A DNA stretch of 64,000 nucleotides from Phyllobates terribilis. Its lineage: Eukaryota. The translations under genes and the position numbers were made by a program. The stretch is from NCBI RefSeq assembly GCF_046119375.1, contig NW_027362762.1:231322001-231386000 (forward strand). Direction: 5' to 3'. How positions within the stretch are numbered: the first letter of the stretch is position 1; each line of letters opens with the position of its first letter. Shown piece by piece: positions 61,930-64,000 of this stretch. The notes below the pieces were generated by a model. That model was not told where the DNA came from, made no database searches, and saw only the letters and a program-made list of their open reading frames with translations.

Positions 61930-64000
61930 AAGCTGACTTGCCCCCTGGCCGTGGGGCACCCGGAACCGGGCTTCTATGCGATGCTGGGGGTAGTAGTGGC
62001 AACCCGATCCCGTGGCTCAGGGTGGTCAGACCAAATTGTGGCAGTCTATTTATCAGTGTTTTGAATGTCTGACTACGCCACCTGTGGATTGCGATCAGGG
62101 ATGACAGCCGCTGCGAGGCAGACCACTGAGGCTGATGTTGGTGTGCAGCACAGGGGTAGGACTGTTGGTGTGCAGCACAGGGGTAGGACAACTCCCCATG
62201 GGAAGAGTGTAGCCTCAGGGCAGTGTAGGTGAATGCTGGGGGTGATAGTTCAGGCCGCAATAGTAAGAGTTCAGAGTCCGCTTCAAACAGTCCAGGGTCT
62301 TTATTGCATATGTTATTACTGACCCAACAGGAGTACCGGTTAGGAGTGGGCCTGGGTATCTGAGAGCATTCGGGCGAGCCCCACTGTTCGGGTTGAGTGT
62401 GTAGGCTTGCTGTTCTCTCTATGCTCTTTCTGACTATCCCCCTCTTCGTGGTGTAATAGCCCACGTCCCTGAGATGGCCATGTACTTTGCCTGTATGGCT
62501 TGCGACTCGGGCCTTAGGTACCTTTTGCTTTCTCCTGCTGTACTGGTCCCTCTGTGTGGCGGAGCCTCCAGGCTTCTTAGGCCAAGGGACCTGAAATCCC
62601 TCGTGGGGTGGTTCTCTGCTGCTGGGCTTGCAACCCTGACAGCCTCGGACCCCAATGTCCGGTGGTGATTCTCTCAGCCAGGACCGTCTCTCGTCGCCTC
62701 TGTCCCTGGCTCGCAGTCTCTCCTCTGCCTCATGGACTCCTCAGCTGCGGCTGACCTGTCCCTTCCTCTAAGGAACCCTTCTGGACACTTCAGAAGTGGG
62801 TTCTGGTCTCTCTAACCCTGCCCCAGTTCCAGCTTTTATAGGGGCAGCCTGCTCCCCCTACTGGCCTGGGACAGGAGGTGCTGCATGCTAATGGTCACTG
62901 ACCAGGGAACCTCCCTCCTGCTCTCAGACACAGCCTTTAATATTTGTGACATCCAGGCCTGGGGTGACACACATGCACCCGTCGTTGCAGACTTGCAACA
63001 ATCACAGTCCACGTCCTTGTCCCAGTGCAGAGTTCAGTTGTCGTTACCCCATTCCTTGGAATGCAAGCGCAAGTATGCAGCCAGCCACCAAACAAACCCA
63101 CAGGCTGCAATGCTATACAGCCAAATTTTTGACAGCTGCTTGTACTTGAAATGTGGCCTTTTAGGCTCGTGGAGGCGGAAGCTTTTCATAACCTCATGCC
63201 GACGGCGTCAGGGTGTTCACACTCGGTCCCCAGCCACCACTGTTTCTCCCGGTGTCATCTCCGCATTCCACAAGCACGGGTCCCACAACATTACCCGTGC
63301 CCTCCCCAGTGCACTTACTGGGGAGGACCGCCTAACCACAAACACATGGACAGGTGAATGTGGCCAGGGACGGTACGGAGCCAGTCCACTGCTTTTTTTT
63401 ACTGAGTTGTATTTCACCACAGCCATATTCTTTAGCTCGATGAAAGGACTGGCATAGAGGGAAACCGTATCTACTCTGGGTGTCATTTCTCCCAGGAAGT
63501 CCTCTAAAGCAGCTTTTGCAGAAGCAATGGCAGCCCTTCCAACATCAACTCGCACTTCTCGGTGGTGCTTTGACACACAAACATCTTTCTTTGTGCATTT
63601 TATTTCATGACTACAGAGTTGGGCATTGGCCTGATCTGCAATCCGATTTTAGAAATAACAAGCATAAGCACGTCCGATCCACATTTAAAAAAGAGCCATA
63701 GAGTGTCATGGAACCTTCCCAACCACTTTTCTTAGCCAGGACAGCTTCTTGGCAGGGTTGGACTGTCCCACCAGAGAATCCTTGGTGTGCCCTGGTTTCT
63801 ACATCAGGAGAGTTCATGATAGCGCTAACTTTGCGGCTGCTATGGGGCTCTTGAGCGGGGGAGGAAGGTGAGCCCTCAGAATCAAATCCTCTGGTAGGCC
63901 AATGTTTTTCAATCTGAAACAGCTTCTCAGTGGGAGTTGTATTTCAGCACAGCCATATTCTTTAGCTCAGTGAAAGGACTGGCATAGAGGGAAGCCGTAT

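Larger units (their letters stand above)
55012..62969 (-). mobile_element. Full-length Ty3/Gypsy retrotransposon, decayed pol
   Basis: LTRs about 55012-56023 and about 61933-62969 (about 94-95% identical; 27-bp duplication in the 5' LTR). 4-bp TSD CGCA/CACA (CpG decay). PPT AGGGGGGAATG. tRNA-Ser PBS. Confidence 0.95.
54329..64000 (-). mobile_element. Third hAT copy (same family as the outer element), inverted, 3' end only; continues beyond the window
   Basis: TAGTGATGAGCG end. 54329-55011 and 62970-64000 are the reverse complement of about 33717-30800 (about 85% by eye). Confidence 0.9.

Overview
Eukaryotic, very transposon-dense genomic DNA. It is probably frog (anuran), inferred from TTAA/T2-type MITEs, V-SINE-like SINEs, CR1/L1 and TAG(A/T)GATGAGC-ended hAT elements. 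I recognise no host protein-coding gene; a few short splice-flanked segments are only candidates. The window is a stack of nested insertions whose ends and target-site duplications (TSDs) can be read directly. (1) An L1 remnant and a SCAN-capsid Gypsy remnant (1-5.7 kb). (2) An 18.4 kb hAT element (15289-33717, TSD TATGCAAG/TATGCAAA) containing a second 9.8 kb hAT (16490-26291, TSD CACATAAG/CATATAAG), which itself holds a DD37E Tc1, an L1 piece and a solo LTR. (3) A CR1 fragment. (4) A 5.3 kb two-LTR sushi-type element with no pol (38496-43778, TSD GTAAG) inserted in a fold-back MITE. (5) A 14-bp-TSD block holding two Tc1 elements and a SINE. (6) A third, inverted hAT copy (54329 to window end) carrying a full-length decayed Gypsy (55012-62969). 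The most unusual items are the pol-less LTR element (capsid N-domain fused to eight 57-aa acidic repeats, a self-priming PBS, a 37-bp LTR VNTR and a possible spliced mRNA), antisense copies of the transposase gene inside the hAT's own 3' end, and a conserved second tRNA-Ser PBS-like motif inside Gypsy LTRs. Boundaries without a TSD or TIR are approximate, and identities are estimated by eye.
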